Below, piece after piece: positions 14,314 through 26,438 of a stretch of 64,000 bases of DNA. Source of the stretch: Diplonema japonicum. Taxonomy: Eukaryota; Protista; Euglenozoa: Diplonemea. Under the pieces are notes generated by a model. It saw only the letters and a program-made list of their open reading frames with translations, did not search any database and had not been told where the DNA came from. Made by a program: the position numbers and the translations under genes. Location: assembly GCA_964019335.1 (NCBI GenBank), contig OZ025667.1, positions 372,001 through 436,000 on the forward strand, read 5' to 3'. Each line of letters opens with the position of its first letter. Position 1 is the stretch's first letter.

Positions 14314-15120
14314 ATGAACACGGAACGAATGCCCACAAGTGTCGCACTGAAGTACATCAGGCTACAGGAGCAGCCTGTGAAGACAAAGCAGCCCGAGAGT
14401 TATGGCAGCAAAGAGACAGATCTATTGGTGCAGAAGATAAGGTTAGAGGGAGACCTAAAGGATGCAAGGGAGAAGCTCGTTGAATTTATGAATCTGCTGG
14501 CTGACGCGCAAGATGACGCAAACGAGTTGGCGGACTCGTTGGGGAAAGCCATTAGCGACGGGGAGGAGGTGAGGGCAGCTGTTGTGTGTTGGGACAAAAT
14601 CAGAAAGAGTTTCGGGAATCCTGAACCTTTGATGCAGCAGCTGACAGCCACGCGGCGCCTGCTGAGTGAAGTGGCAAAGCCTGCCCCCTTGGACACCATG
14701 GCAGAGGAAGCAGTTGCATGCATCGAGCAGTCACAAGAACGGCTGCAGGCAGTTCTGGATGCTTCCGAGATGGAAGACACAAGCCTGCCCAGCCTTGTCG
14801 CGGCGCTGTTAACAAAGCTTAAGAACACCAAGACACAGCTAACGGAAGGGGACGAGATTGTACAAGACTCGCAGCAGCTGCTCGAGATGACGCGCTCGGA
14901 GGTGGTGCGCCTCCAGAGCAAGATCAACGAAGAGAAGTGCGCAGCAGAGGAGGCTGCAAAGCTGCGAGCCACCCTTGCTCAGCAGTTAGATATAGTTAAC
15001 CATAACACGGGAAAGGAGCAGCGACGAGCGCGCCACTACGCAGGACACATGGCGGCCATGATGGGGAGACAGTGTTCCTCGCTGCTACTCTCGCGATACT
15101 ACCGTACTTGGAACAGCTAG
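14314..15120 (+). CDS. Hypothetical coiled-coil protein
   Basis: 268-aa uninterrupted ORF rich in E/Q/L/A heptads, AAAATG start, same strand as cluster. Confidence 0.65.
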   Translation: MNTERMPTSVALKYIRLQEQPVKTKQPESYGSKETDLLVQKIRLEGDLKDAREKLVEFMNLLADAQDDANELADSLGKAISDGEEVRAAVVCWDKIRKSFGNPEPLMQQLTATRRLLSEVAKPAPLDTMAEEAVACIEQSQERLQAVLDASEMEDTSLPSLVAALLTKLKNTKTQLTEGDEIVQDSQQLLEMTRSEVVRLQSKINEEKCAAEEAAKLRATLAQQLDIVNHNTGKEQRRARHYAGHMAAMMGRQCSSLLLSRYYRTWNS

Positions 15121-15194
15121 TCTAGTAATGATGACATAGTGGCGTTGCATGTTTATTATTTCTAATTAACTTAGCCCTTTCAGGATTAGCTAAT

Positions 15195-15819
15195 ATGGGT
15201 TGGTTTGACTGGATGTGGGGTGCCTTGAGGTACTTGGGGCTCTCAAGCAAGCAGGGGAAAATTCTTTTCCTCGGTCTGGACAACGCAGGGAAGACGACGC
15301 TACTGGGGAGGATGAAGGACGGTAAGGTATGATAAGATTTTTCCAGCACAACTGATCTGCTAACAGGTGGGTTCGCACAAGCCGACTAACCATCCCAACC
15401 AGGAGGAGTTCGCGATTGGCAGCATTAAAATTAGAGCGTTTGACTTGGGCGGGCACGCCCAGGCCAGGTTGCTTTGGAAGCAGTACTTTACAAAGGTCGA
15501 TGGTGTCATCTTCTTGGTAGATGCAGCTCACCATGAGCGTATCCCTGAGGCAAAAGAGCAACTGGACCTTCTTCTCAACGACGACATGCTGACAAAGGTG
15601 CCCTTTGTCATTCTTGGGAACAAGATTGACATGCCTGGTGCCATGTCTGACGCGCAGCTGAAAATGGAACTTGGTGTTGATGGTCTCTGCACTGGTCAAT
15701 CCCCTACTGCCGGAAAAGCCAACTTCCGTCCTCTCGAGGTGTTCATGGTGTCAGTTGTCCAAGGACGAGGCTACGGCAACGCATTCCGCTGGCTATCAAC
15801 TTACTTAGAAGAGGCATAG
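15195..15819 (+). CDS. SAR1: Small GTPase SAR1 (COPII); intron 15327-15366
   Basis: WFDWMWGALRYLGLSSKQGKILFLGLDNAGKTTLL, PTNHP, FDLGGHAQAR, LGNKID, RPLEVFMVSVV..GYGNAFRWLS. Confidence 0.96.
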
Positions 15820-16391
15820 ACAGTTTCTCTTTTTCCTTCCTCCCCAATCTTTGTTTTGTGAAATGCCGAAGAGATTTATGATACACCCATAAAGAAAACA
15901 AACAGTTGGGATGCCCCCTCACCCCTTCCCTCTTTGTTTTTTGGTTTTTTCGTTTCTTTTCTTTCTGGCCCTTGGCTAAATCTTCTTAGGTAAGAGACCC
16001 CAATCCCTTTTGTGATTTTGGAAGGAGAATCATTTTTTTCAAGTGTATGGCTTGCCACGTTCACTCATCCACCAGCCCATTGCTTAGTACTTTAGTTTGC
16101 AGTGTTAGGCTGTCCTTGCGTTGCCTTTGTTAAGCATGCAACATGCACATTACGGACATACAAATAGCGACACCTGCAAAGGATCCTAACCAAGTGATGC
16201 ACTCAGCTACGTCTAGGGCCCACAAGGGTAACTCACTTTGGTTCGTCTGATTCCCATTTCTCTTTTTTTCTTCTTTTCCCCTTTCCCTTATTTTTATTTC
16301 CTCTTTATTTTTTCTTAAATATTTTCCTTCTTTATCTTCTGAATAAACAGTCCTTTCTGTTTCACCCTTGCCACAGTCATGCGTCATGGTC

Positions 16392-16955
16392 ATGGGGTGC
16401 GTGAATGCCAAGAGACAGGCTTCGGTGGTGACAAAGTATGTGGTAGAGAAGGATCAATCAGAAGGCAAGCATAGGACGATAGCCATGAAGCTTATTGCAA
16501 AATACGAGCTGAAGGAGCATAAGGAAGGGACACTCAACTTGGTGGAGTGGAATGTGATTCTTGCTGGGCTGCAGCTCCCCCTCAACGAACCGGAGGACTT
16601 CAAGATTGCGTGTTTGAAGTACGGCGACTCGCCGAATGGCGTGACGCAAGACCACCTCGTCAGACTCCTGCAAGATTCACCTGAAATCTGCGATAAGGTC
16701 GTTAAATCGCTTGACCATCACGAACGTGTGCTGCATAAGAAAACCACTGGAAACATGACACCTACATGCCCCTGCTCATCGGCTTTTATGACATTCGTCG
16801 TGCCCTCTTCTGCCAATAGGAAGTGCTGGGAATGCGAAATTTGCGAGTCCGTATCTTGTTCTGACTACTGGGCTTGTACAATCTGCCCAACGATCTATTG
16901 CACCCTCTGCTGCCCCCGACCTATTAAGAAGCGCCCCTACTCTAAGCACGTTTGA
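16392..16955 (+). CDS. Hypothetical protein with MGC (myristoyl/palmitoyl-like) N-terminus and Cys-rich zinc-finger-like C-terminus
   Basis: MGCVNAK start; CPC..WECEICES..YWACTICPTIYCTLCC. Confidence 0.55.
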   Translation: MGCVNAKRQASVVTKYVVEKDQSEGKHRTIAMKLIAKYELKEHKEGTLNLVEWNVILAGLQLPLNEPEDFKIACLKYGDSPNGVTQDHLVRLLQDSPEICDKVVKSLDHHERVLHKKTTGNMTPTCPCSSAFMTFVVPSSANRKCWECEICESVSCSDYWACTICPTIYCTLCCPRPIKKRPYSKHV

Positions 16956-17046
16956 ACTTCTTGCTCTTTCCAGAGCGCCCACGCTTTTCGATTTACATTC
17001 CACCTTTTGCCACCATGTAGTAAGCTTTGCAGGAATATGTTGTACC

Positions 17047-20000
17047 ATGTGGCGATACTTCTTGGTCCTGCTAGCTGTGCAAGCGCGGTGTCAGGTGCAA
17101 GTCATCACAGGGTTTTGTGAGGACACAGCCAAGAAAGCAATTTTCAATGAAGCAGACTGCCTTGATGCAGCAGAGGGGATGGGATTTACAGGTACTTTAC
17201 CCTTGGATCGAAGAGTAGACAACAGCGCACATGGCTGCAAGGTAAGCGCGGGGGTGGCCTTCATGAACTATGGTGACCAGACAACCCCTTGCAGCGCAAG
17301 TGAGATATGTTTGTGTGACGATGCTGTAAAGATCACTAAATGTACTGTCAGAGGAATGTGCTTTCATTTGCCGTTTGAGAGCGACTTGGAAGAAATGGTA
17401 TTCGCGCACCCTTTTTATGCGAAGTCTCATGTAGCCACAGTTCCGGGCCCTTTTGATATTATACCTAATGGAGTCCATGGAAACGCAGTGCGCTTAAGCG
17501 GTGTGTATGCCTTCGCTTCTTCTATTCCTGCTAATGGAGCTGCAGCTGGCGGGCATGGTGCCGTCGTAGAGCAAACAGGCAAGCTGACCCTTAGCGGGTG
17601 GTTCCGCCCGACTGCACCGAATACGAACACCGATAACGTTGGCTTGATTGTCAACGTGAAGTTTCCCGTGACCGACCCTGCCCCTTTTGGTTTGTTTCTC
17701 AGCCCTAAGTCTGTCCCGTTTTGCACTATTAACGACGATACTAGTTCGTGCAGCACGCCATTAACCGTCGCTCCTCTACAGCAAGACAAATGGCAGTATC
17801 TTGCATGTGTCTTCGATGGCACTGCAGGGAAGCTCTCGCTGTACTACGGAGATGATGTGTCACTACCCTCTTCCCAGACCGTATTTGTAGCTTCCTGCCC
17901 GACCACCTACGCACCTTCCACCTTTCCAATAACTCTGGGCGCAGTTTTTAATCCTGCGGGTGGTGCTGCCTACTTCACTGGCGACTTGGATGACATCCGC
18001 ATTTTCGAAAACGTTGCCCCTAATGCCGGACGAATAGCTTCAATCGCTTGTTGCAATGATGAGACGCATCCTTTGTCACTGATGATGAAAGGCAACGGTA
18101 GGTGTCCTGTGTGCAGTGGTTCAACTGCCACAGTAACACCCACTGTCACTGCGACATTGAGTGCAACACCTTCCCTCAGTAGCAGTAGCACTCTCACAGT
18201 ATCGCTGACCAGTAGCCCAACACCGAGTGCTTCGTTAACACTCACTGCTAGTGCATCCGTCACAATAACGCGGCAGCCCACACTTACTGCCAGTGCTTCC
18301 ATCACGATCACGCAGCAGCTGTCACCAACAACCTCAATGACGCTCACAGCATCACGCTCATCTACAATGTCGTCATCATTGTCACTAAGCAGTTCTGTCA
18401 CTGTTTCAGAAACAAATGTCGTGACTCCCACACTGTCGGGCTCACTTTCGTCAACTTTCACAACCTCCGGAACGGTGGTAGCAACGCCTACCGCCACCAC
18501 TACATACACGAGAACCGCACCCCTTTCTACAACGCCAAGCATCACGCTCACAGAAACGAGAGCACTTCCCGCAACAGGAACAGCAACTCTAGGTACACAA
18601 ACTACAACTGTGTCCTCGACTGCAAACACAAACAATATATCTACGCCCACAAACACACAACCCTCAATAAGAACGTCTTCTGTTTCGCTGTCTCTGTCAC
18701 CCACGATGACACGGTGGAGGACTGAAACCGATGTAATAGTATGCTAGAAAGTAAACTCATGGTGATTACTCGCACAGAATTCTCAGATTTTCAGTAGTTG
18801 TATAGAATCGGTCACTTCTGAAGAGGTGACCAATGGAGTGCTTTTGTGCACAGTGCAGTGCCAAGGTATGAGTATCATTGATTTCTTAGTTCTGCAGGTG
18901 ACACTTTTCGTAGCGACATTGCCTCTAGCAACATCAAATGGGAGGCCGGTGATAATGGTAAAGGGTTTTCTTGGGGAGTGGCACAGAGCCTATCGTTCAT
19001 CCAGCTGACCATACTCAATGCAACGTATGCCAAAGACAAAAGTAAACACGCTTCAGTGCAATTGAGATCAGCATCGGCCCGCTAGAAGGGTTCAGCGCGG
19101 CCGCTGATGAAGAAGTGTTTCTGGTGTTCGACGGCAACGCAATGACGTCTCGCATCGCACCAGCTGGTGAGGCAAGACTGTCGTTCGTTGTGAAGAAGCA
19201 GCCTTTGATCCCTGACCCTCCGACCACTGCCAAGGTGGCTGCCGCGTTAGGTGGGATAACTGGTAGCCCTAACGCTGGTAAGTTGGTGCTGTTGGGAAGT
19301 CTTGACTGCGACGATGGCGGGAACGGTACAGTTGAAGATATCATGGACTGGACCATGCATCCTGTGGGACAGAAGGTGGGTGGATCTGTGCATATAGGTG
19401 CCATCATCTTTAACTTCCTGTTAACAACGGGATTTGTACTGTTCCACGCGTTGGTGACACTACTCTACATGTACATTCGTCTACCGAAGTCTCCCGAAAG
19501 CTGGTTGCAGGCTTGTGGCACGACACGCTTCCCGTCATTGGTGTTCTTGCCTGCTGCATTTCTATTCCAAGGAAACACCTTTGCAGCGGTCCAGCTCATC
19601 ATGAAGGGGAAGAGTGTAGGGCATGAGATGGCGGGCTTATTGGGAGTTTGGGTGTTGCTCGGTTTCTTGGGGTTCATTGTATATTTGTGTCAGAGGCGGT
19701 TCAAGGCTGCCTACGTGCCTGACCAAATGCCTGAGCGGTACCGATTACTATACTTCGCTTTGGTTGGTGATGCTGCGTGGGTCTCGACAAGTGACTACTT
19801 TGTCGAGCGTTGGGGTGAACTATTCGATTGTTGGAAGCCGCGCTTCAAGGTTTTTATGATTGTCGAGCTAGGCCACATCGTGCCTCTTACGTTCTTCGCA
19901 TCGCGCAACTTGACCTCCTTTAAGCAATGCGGTGCGAACGCTCTTATTATGGCGCTCATTCTTCTGATCTACTTTTGTGCCCTAACATTCCCAAAGCCAT

Positions 20001-20597
20001 ACATCTGTCCTATCGAAGCAGTTCTCATGTCTCTGGAGGCGCTTCTTCAATGTGTGGCCATGTTTGTTTTGTCTCTCGCTTTTTTCTCTGAAACAGTGGA
20101 CCACTGGGGCTACAACATGGCGAGCAAGCTGCTCGTGGGTGCCATGTGGCTGATGATAATCAAGACCGCGTACGACGTACTGCGCACAATTGTTGAGATG
20201 TCTGTGGGGAAGAATGAACGACTAAAGGAAGCCTACCAGAAGCAGACCGTTGAAGTTGATCTTGACACAGAGATGGCAGAATACCCTTCTGCGTCGCCTA
20301 TGCCGCTTCATAGCGCCGCACCTAACACGCCACTTATTGCCCAGTCGGACTACAGAAGCACTACCGAGGACGAAGAACGAATAACGAATGAGAACGAAAA
20401 CGAATCTTTCTTGCTGCTTCCCATAGCATCAGACCCTTTGGCACCAACCACATCCCCTGGTGCGGTGGAACGGGCAAGACTCAGCGGGGTATGCTGCAAG
20501 ATACATAAAGATAACATAACAACAGGATTGGGCTAATATTGCATATGAAGCTCAAAAATTCCACACCCAACGCCCTAGTGCGCAGCAAGGTTTTTAG
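17047..20597 (+). CDS. Large surface membrane protein: signal peptide, LamG/concanavalin-like domain, Ser/Thr stalk, multi-pass (~7 TM) C-terminal region (bodonin-like architecture)
   Basis: ORFs 17047-18747 and 19115-20536 are linked by short GT..AG introns; LTLSGWFRP..WQYLACVFDG..YFTGDLDDIRIF (LamG-like); long T/S-rich tract; multiple hydrophobic helices; last exon ends TAG at 20597. Confidence 0.72.
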
Positions 20598-20711
20598 GTA
20601 GATCTTGCGACTTGCTGAGTGCCGGGGATTGTGTATTTTTAAACCGTTGTGTTTGGTGTTCAGGATTATAAAAGTTCAAGCACAAAGATTCGTTAACCTC
20701 CACAGGCAACT

Positions 20712-21248
20712 ATGTTGAATGTAATATTGGGGCTGGTGCTCAGTGGTGAGGCGCTCCCTGTTGTTCGTGATGTGCGTGTAGAAGGATTTCATGTGTTCGT
20801 CAGTTTAAATGTCAAAGGTTCATGTATGTGGGATGTGCAGGAACACGTCCCCAGTAGTGTCATTTTCGACAAGTACGAGACGGGGAGGAGTGGGAAGGTG
20901 TTCTCGGTGGTTGACAGAGAAGGTGTCACAGCACACAGCCAATACTTGGAACTCGCAGCAAGTGACATGCAGAACTCAAGTTTTACAGTCCAGTTTGATA
21001 ACATAACCTCCAGTACGCCATTGGAATACGCCCTGCACTCTCGGTACCCTCCTCTCGGATCCCCTTACAAGGTCTGCCTCAATACAACTGCTATCTCTAA
21101 GGACTGTTCTAACAATTATGCTTTGCCCCCGGCATGTTGGGTAGTTCCTGCTGCAAACCTTTCTCTTGCCAACGAGGTCTCTCTTATAACCACAATAGCC
21201 ATATGGGTCAGTGCTGTGTTGTGCTCCGTTACGACGTACCTCAAGTAA
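20712..21248 (+). CDS. PIG-X/PBN1-like GPI-mannosyltransferase I subunit
   Basis: EHVPSSVIFDKYE, YLELAAS, ALHSRYPP and a C-terminal VVPAANLS..TM helix resemble PIG-X family blocks. Confidence 0.6.
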   Translation: MLNVILGLVLSGEALPVVRDVRVEGFHVFVSLNVKGSCMWDVQEHVPSSVIFDKYETGRSGKVFSVVDREGVTAHSQYLELAASDMQNSSFTVQFDNITSSTPLEYALHSRYPPLGSPYKVCLNTTAISKDCSNNYALPPACWVVPAANLSLANEVSLITTIAIWVSAVLCSVTTYLK

Positions 21249-21477
21249 TTGTATTTTTGTATTATTAGACTTGTGGTGCAGTCTTCTGAGGAAGCTGTTG
21301 ATGTTGTTTATCTTGCTCTGCACAGATATTGGTTGTATTGGTGGTTACATTGCGGTGTTCCGAGACGTGTTTATATTGCAATTTTTTCAATAGAACGGCA
21401 ACCGCAATCTTCCCCACGGGATATTCTTTTTTAAGAGTCTTCTTACTTTGAGTTTTTTGTGCCCAGTGATAACCTTC

Positions 21478-21959
21478 TTAACCGTCTTTAGGACCAATAT
21501 GGCGCTTCTTTCTCTGGTATTTATGGCGGCAGCTGCGGAGCTCCAGCTGTTGGGGAGGACAAATGCGGTGGACACGATACGGATAGAAATACGTTAAAAT
21601 TGAACAAGTCGCATATCTGCGGCACCTCGGACCTTGTGTTCAAAGAACGGCCATAAGTGGTGAAAAAAGAATAACCGGCCCACCCTGCACGCTGAATATG
21701 CGCTGCTTGCCGAAACCATGGAACCTCCGGATAGCATGTGCCCTTTGCAAGAGTTGTTTCTCTCAAATGCTGCTCTACCACCAAAGTTTGGGCGCGTCTG
21801 GGGCTGAAATGCAGGCCGCTTCGCGCTCCAGAAATGGGGTAGTGAAAATAATATAGGTACACACCCTCTAACTCCACCCTCGCCATTTTATTTTGGTATT
21901 TGAACGAAAAGTTCAAAATCGACTTTTTAGACGAGAAATAGTGGTCCTTTATGGGTTAA
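21478..21959. mobile_element. Putative piggyBac-like non-autonomous element bounded by TTAA
   Basis: Left end TTAA-CCGTCTTTAGGACCAATAT; right end reverse complement TTAA-CCCATAAAGGACCACTAT. Imperfect TIRs with TTAA at both ends; no ORF. Confidence 0.5.
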
Positions 21960-22245
21960 AGAAGAAAAGTAGAAGAAGAAGAAGAGTAGTGCCAGTCCAG
22001 CAAAGCCTACGGTGCACCTTGGCGTGGGGTGGATGTTTGTTTTTGGGTTTCCCGCCGAAAACAGGCGAAAAATCGAGCAAACCCGAACATAAAATAGGGG
22101 CCCCTAGGATTACATAGGGAAAGTACCAAACGGGGGCCCCAAAATTATGATTCTGGGCACTTTTGGGACCGGAAACCATCGGGAAACGGGGGTTTGGGTG
22201 ATTTGTGGGCACTTTTGGGTGGTTACAGTTTTTTTAAGGGCCCAA

Positions 22246-22515
22246 AATGCCCTTGGCGAAGAGCCTGAAAAAGGTGCTGACCTACTTCCTGCAGCCCTAC
22301 TGGCTGATGCTCGTGCAGTGCTTCCGCGAGTTGGGCTCAACGATGCAGGCATCTTGACCGTGTCCCTGACGCTGCTGCACTCCGTCACGTACTGCATCTG
22401 CAACGGGTTCTATTACTTCCTCGACACTCACAAGTACCTCCAGCAGTACAAGATGCACAGAACACCTGCCATGCAGCACTCTGGCGACCAGTTCAAGCAC
22501 CAGATGCTGGCAGGA
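22246..22515 (+). pseudogene. Gene fragment resembling the N-terminal part of a sterol desaturase/fatty-acid hydroxylase
   Basis: Coding-like, GC3-rich segment ILTVSLTLLHSVTYCICNGFYYFLDTHKYLQQYKMHR; cut off by GGAAAC-repeat sequence; no His boxes present. Confidence 0.35.
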
Positions 22516-22663
22516 AACGTGGAAACGTTTCCGTTTCCATTCCCGTTTCCGTTTCCATACTTTTCAAAATTCTTATGGAAACGGCTTCCTTCTTAAGGAA
22601 ACATAAGGAAACGTTTCCGTATCCGTTTCCGTTTCCCTTTTTTTCAAAAAATGCATAGCCCTA
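22514..22663. mobile_element. hAT-like transposon terminus with GGAAAC/GTTTCC subterminal repeats
   Basis: Clustered direct and inverted GGAAACG/CGTTTCC motifs ending in TGCATAGCCCTA (reverse complement TAGGGCTATGCA, hAT-type TIR start); partner end not found. Confidence 0.4.
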
Positions 22664-22819
22664 GGGGGGGGGGGGGGGGGTGCAAAATCGAGCAGAGTCG
22701 CACATCCAACAAAGGACCGTGCGCGGCCGCCCAACCTGTTTTTACCAGGGGGGACCATTCAACGGGGGAGGTGAGTGGTGAAATCATTGTACTTCTACAC
22801 ATGCATCAGGTAGGGTTGG

Positions 22820-25240
22820 ATGAAACAGTCCCAGTGTGACTGCAGGTTTAGTACTGGGGGGAAATGGTGTGGATCAGACCTGAGTACTGTGTGGTGTGAT
22901 GGCTGTGAGAAAGGTACGAAAGAGCTACTACAAGGCTGCAAGCTGGTGAACAAAAAACATCTCGTGCGGTCAAAGGAGGGTATGCCTGTCCCAGTTTACG
23001 GAGGGAATGACAATAAAAACATTGTGGGTGTGATGACGCACGATCATGTGATGTTGTGTGATGAATCCACGGAGAGGATAAGAATCCGAATGCCGCATTG
23101 CGGAAGTCAAGATCATTTTGTGGAAAAGGATAAAGTCTCCTGTGATAATTGTTCGTATTTCGACCCTGCAGCGTACTTTGTCTACAAGAAGTTTGAAGAG
23201 ATCAACACACACCTCCCTGTTCACTCTGCGTTCACAGTGGCCAAGTTTCGTGCCCATGTTGACTTCCCCCATGAGAAGCTCAAAGCCTTTAAAGTAGTTG
23301 TAATCCTGTTCACAGATATGATGAATAACGCGGCAAAAGAGTGTTTTGAAGAGATTTTTTTTTGCAGTATTCGGAAACCCGAGGGAAAGAACATGCTTGA
23401 TGTAATTAACAAGGTGCAAAACGAGCAGTCGTCGCAAGGGATTATAGCATGTCGCTGTTTGAAAACTGCTGAAGATGAGAGGCGCCTGAACCTTGTGTTA
23501 GATATCAGACGTGTCTGTGAGGGTTTGAGCCAGTTAAGTAGAGAGGCCGATACAAAAAACATAGACCTTCTACTGCAGCAACTCAGAAACAACAAACCAA
23601 CTGAAGTGGAGGAAACAGATTTTTCGGGGTACTTTCAACACGGATTGCCGGTAAATTTCAGAAAGGAGCTTGACGAAAAGTCATCTCAGAAGCAAACCTC
23701 ACCGAACTCCCAATTAGTTTACAAAGCCCCGACTACATCAAGTCAGCTTGCTGCAATACTGCGCCCGAATACACCAGCCAAATACCTCAAAACAACAATA
23801 GATGTCAGCTGTGATGATGGCGTCCTCCCGGATGGTACTAAGGTTGTGGCGACAATATATGGGTTCATACAGGATCAGCAAAAAAAAGAAACCGTGAAAA
23901 ACATGCACTACTACACAGTGACTGACTCTGAGATGCCCACAGATATTCCAAGTGCAGAAACGAGCGACTGGGTGCAGATCCCTCCAAGTTACACCCATCT
24001 GGTGTTCCCTGAGGTTAATCTTGTTGTTATGGATGAGAATAGAAAGGCCAGAGTACGTGCCAGAGTACGTGTCCCCCACCTTGTGGAGGAGTGGTGTGAG
24101 CGCGAGAAGGAAATTAAAATAGGTCTTCTGTTTCTATTTGGGTTTGTTTGTGACTTCGACAATGGCTGGGTGAGTACAGAGAATGTGAAACAGGTTGTGA
24201 CGAGCATCCGCCTTCCAATGTATGATTCTAGTATCAAAACTGTGCTGCAGAAAATTGAAAAGGAGGCAAAAGGGCCGTTCCCAATTCATAGCTCGTTCTA
24301 TTTTCCAGAGGGTTTGGGTCCGGAAATCACGACGGATGGCATCAGACGAAAGGAGGAAGATGTAGCGGAGGCAAAAAAAAAGATACACCGTTTTCAACAA
24401 AAAACCTGCAGTGGGGATGCAGCAGTGGTTGTGATTCTGTTCCCACCGATCGGGGAAGGTGCTCCGGACGAAAAACAAGAAGAGGCTCACCATCGCGAGC
24501 TAGAGAATTTGTTGGGAGAAGATTTTGTGGTGCTACGGTACAGGGAAACGGCGGCTAAAGTCTTGTTGAATGGATATGGCAGTTTTATCAAGAAACAAAA
24601 ACCGAACACAAACAAGTGGACGCGGCTCCCGCCAAAACAAGAGCGTTATTTGGGATACGTTGACGACTTAGTGAACGCGGTAAAACAGATAACTGTAAAG
24701 GGTGCGGACCCCACCTTAGACCATCTTATAGGTAGTCTAGCTCTTGATGTCCAAAAGATGCGCTCTAAGACTATGCCAAAACCTTCTTCGTGGGAGGGCC
24801 TCGGAGATTCAGTAAATCACTATGCTACCATCATCCCAATGATATCATCAAGCAGCCAAGAAACTAAAACGGTTCTGAACGGCTACCTACCCACGAAACT
24901 ACTTTGGAACGTGTCTCTCGGAGCCAAACATATAGCTTCTGTGTGTCCCTTTGCATGGATGGACATCTCTGTTGAACCTCTTTATACGGATAGGTACGGA
25001 GGCTGGCACTTGGTAACCTCTGCCGATCAATGGACTTTACCTGGAAGCAACGTGATTAGAACCGGCAGGCTTAGAGGATACCACCGAGTCGCCTTCAAAG
25101 ATAATAAAAAGAGCCCCATTTCAGTAATCAATTCCAGTAATGATGGCGTGTGTCTTCCAAAGGTTACGTCGGGGGTTCTTGAGGTGGACCCACAAGGAAT
25201 CTATGCTGTTAGGCATAATCCGTATGGCACTGTCAACTGA
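22820..25240 (+). CDS. Orphan intronless 806-aa protein with Cys-rich N-terminus
   Basis: Long uninterrupted ORF; CDC..WC..WCDGC N-terminus; no recognisable domain; flanked by G-tracts and transposon remnants. Confidence 0.55.
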   Translation: MKQSQCDCRFSTGGKWCGSDLSTVWCDGCEKGTKELLQGCKLVNKKHLVRSKEGMPVPVYGGNDNKNIVGVMTHDHVMLCDESTERIRIRMPHCGSQDHFVEKDKVSCDNCSYFDPAAYFVYKKFEEINTHLPVHSAFTVAKFRAHVDFPHEKLKAFKVVVILFTDMMNNAAKECFEEIFFCSIRKPEGKNMLDVINKVQNEQSSQGIIACRCLKTAEDERRLNLVLDIRRVCEGLSQLSREADTKNIDLLLQQLRNNKPTEVEETDFSGYFQHGLPVNFRKELDEKSSQKQTSPNSQLVYKAPTTSSQLAAILRPNTPAKYLKTTIDVSCDDGVLPDGTKVVATIYGFIQDQQKKETVKNMHYYTVTDSEMPTDIPSAETSDWVQIPPSYTHLVFPEVNLVVMDENRKARVRARVRVPHLVEEWCEREKEIKIGLLFLFGFVCDFDNGWVSTENVKQVVTSIRLPMYDSSIKTVLQKIEKEAKGPFPIHSSFYFPEGLGPEITTDGIRRKEEDVAEAKKKIHRFQQKTCSGDAAVVVILFPPIGEGAPDEKQEEAHHRELENLLGEDFVVLRYRETAAKVLLNGYGSFIKKQKPNTNKWTRLPPKQERYLGYVDDLVNAVKQITVKGADPTLDHLIGSLALDVQKMRSKTMPKPSSWEGLGDSVNHYATIIPMISSSSQETKTVLNGYLPTKLLWNVSLGAKHIASVCPFAWMDISVEPLYTDRYGGWHLVTSADQWTLPGSNVIRTGRLRGYHRVAFKDNKKSPISVINSSNDGVCLPKVTSGVLEVDPQGIYAVRHNPYGTVN

Positions 25241-26438
25241 TGAGGAAGCCTCCCCATATTTTTCCTGAACAAGTGATGATCTTTTTCGAGATGCCTACGA
25301 CTCCAAGCAATGTTTCTCGCCCAGATGCCGTCCATCTCATCGCGACAAACAGCCACCGCAGGCACCAGACAGCAACCGCAGAACGGTGACCGATTAGTGT
25401 GAATTTCTCCCTGAACGGTGAGCACCCACCCGCACACCGAAATTTATCAAATTTACTTTTTTCTCGTTCTTCTTGATTTATCAGTCTGCTCTCTGACGCT
25501 TCCTGAGTTTTTTTACGGGGGGGTTGGGGGGGTTGGGGGGGGCTATTGCACTCGACGACGTCCACCCTTTTGGCTACAACTGTATGCATTTTAGGACAGA
25601 AACAGGGTTTTCTTCGGAAACCAGTCTATGAAGTTTTATTTTTGAAAACAGTCATGACTAACAAACAAAAAGGAGATAAGTTTTTACCTCCTCTTCCCCC
25701 CCCCTTTTTTATAACCACGATCAAATAGAATTGACACGGGTTTAGTAGTGTTGTTCACTTGCCTTGATTTCATTTCCTTGTTTTCTTTATTGATGTTATA
25801 GCTTTTTGCGTTCATTTTTCAGGTGGTGGTGGTTTGATGATATGTTTTGTTTATCCACCAACCCTTTTTGTTTTTGTTGGTAGAGGATGAGAACAAGGGG
25901 GCGTCTCACAAAGACTTCCTTTAACTCATATATTTGTTTTGCACAGCCGTGTTTCACACGGGAAACCAAACACCAAGCCTTTGGAACATGCATGCACGTT
26001 GAGTAACTCACGTGTCAGTTACCATGGTGCGGTTGTTAATGCTTCTTCCTCCCTGCTTTCAATTTTTTTTTCAACCATTTCTACCTCTTTTTTTATGGTC
26101 ATTTTTTTCCACTTGCATCACCGCTTACAACTGGGCATCTTCTCATCTTAGTTCTGAGCTAAGTGTTTGACTATCAGGTTAGTGCCATTCACATTTGAAA
26201 AAAAGAACTTTTATTCCCTGGGCATCTTCGTCTGCTGTTGGGTCTCATTCGTTCGACAAAGAGCCTTACAATTGTGTTTGCTAACAACCCCTCACTGCCC
26301 CCACCCCCTCGTCCCACGACCTCACTTTCACGCTGCTTTAGTGCGCAAAGAAGCTACCCTAAAAAAACACCGCTCTCAGCAAACAGAAGGAAAACCCGCC
26401 CACCTCCAACAGGTTTACACACTGTTTCATACGTGAAG

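Noticed and set aside
17970-18704. 244-aa - strand Val-rich ORF
   Set aside because: Antisense of the Ser/Thr-rich stalk.
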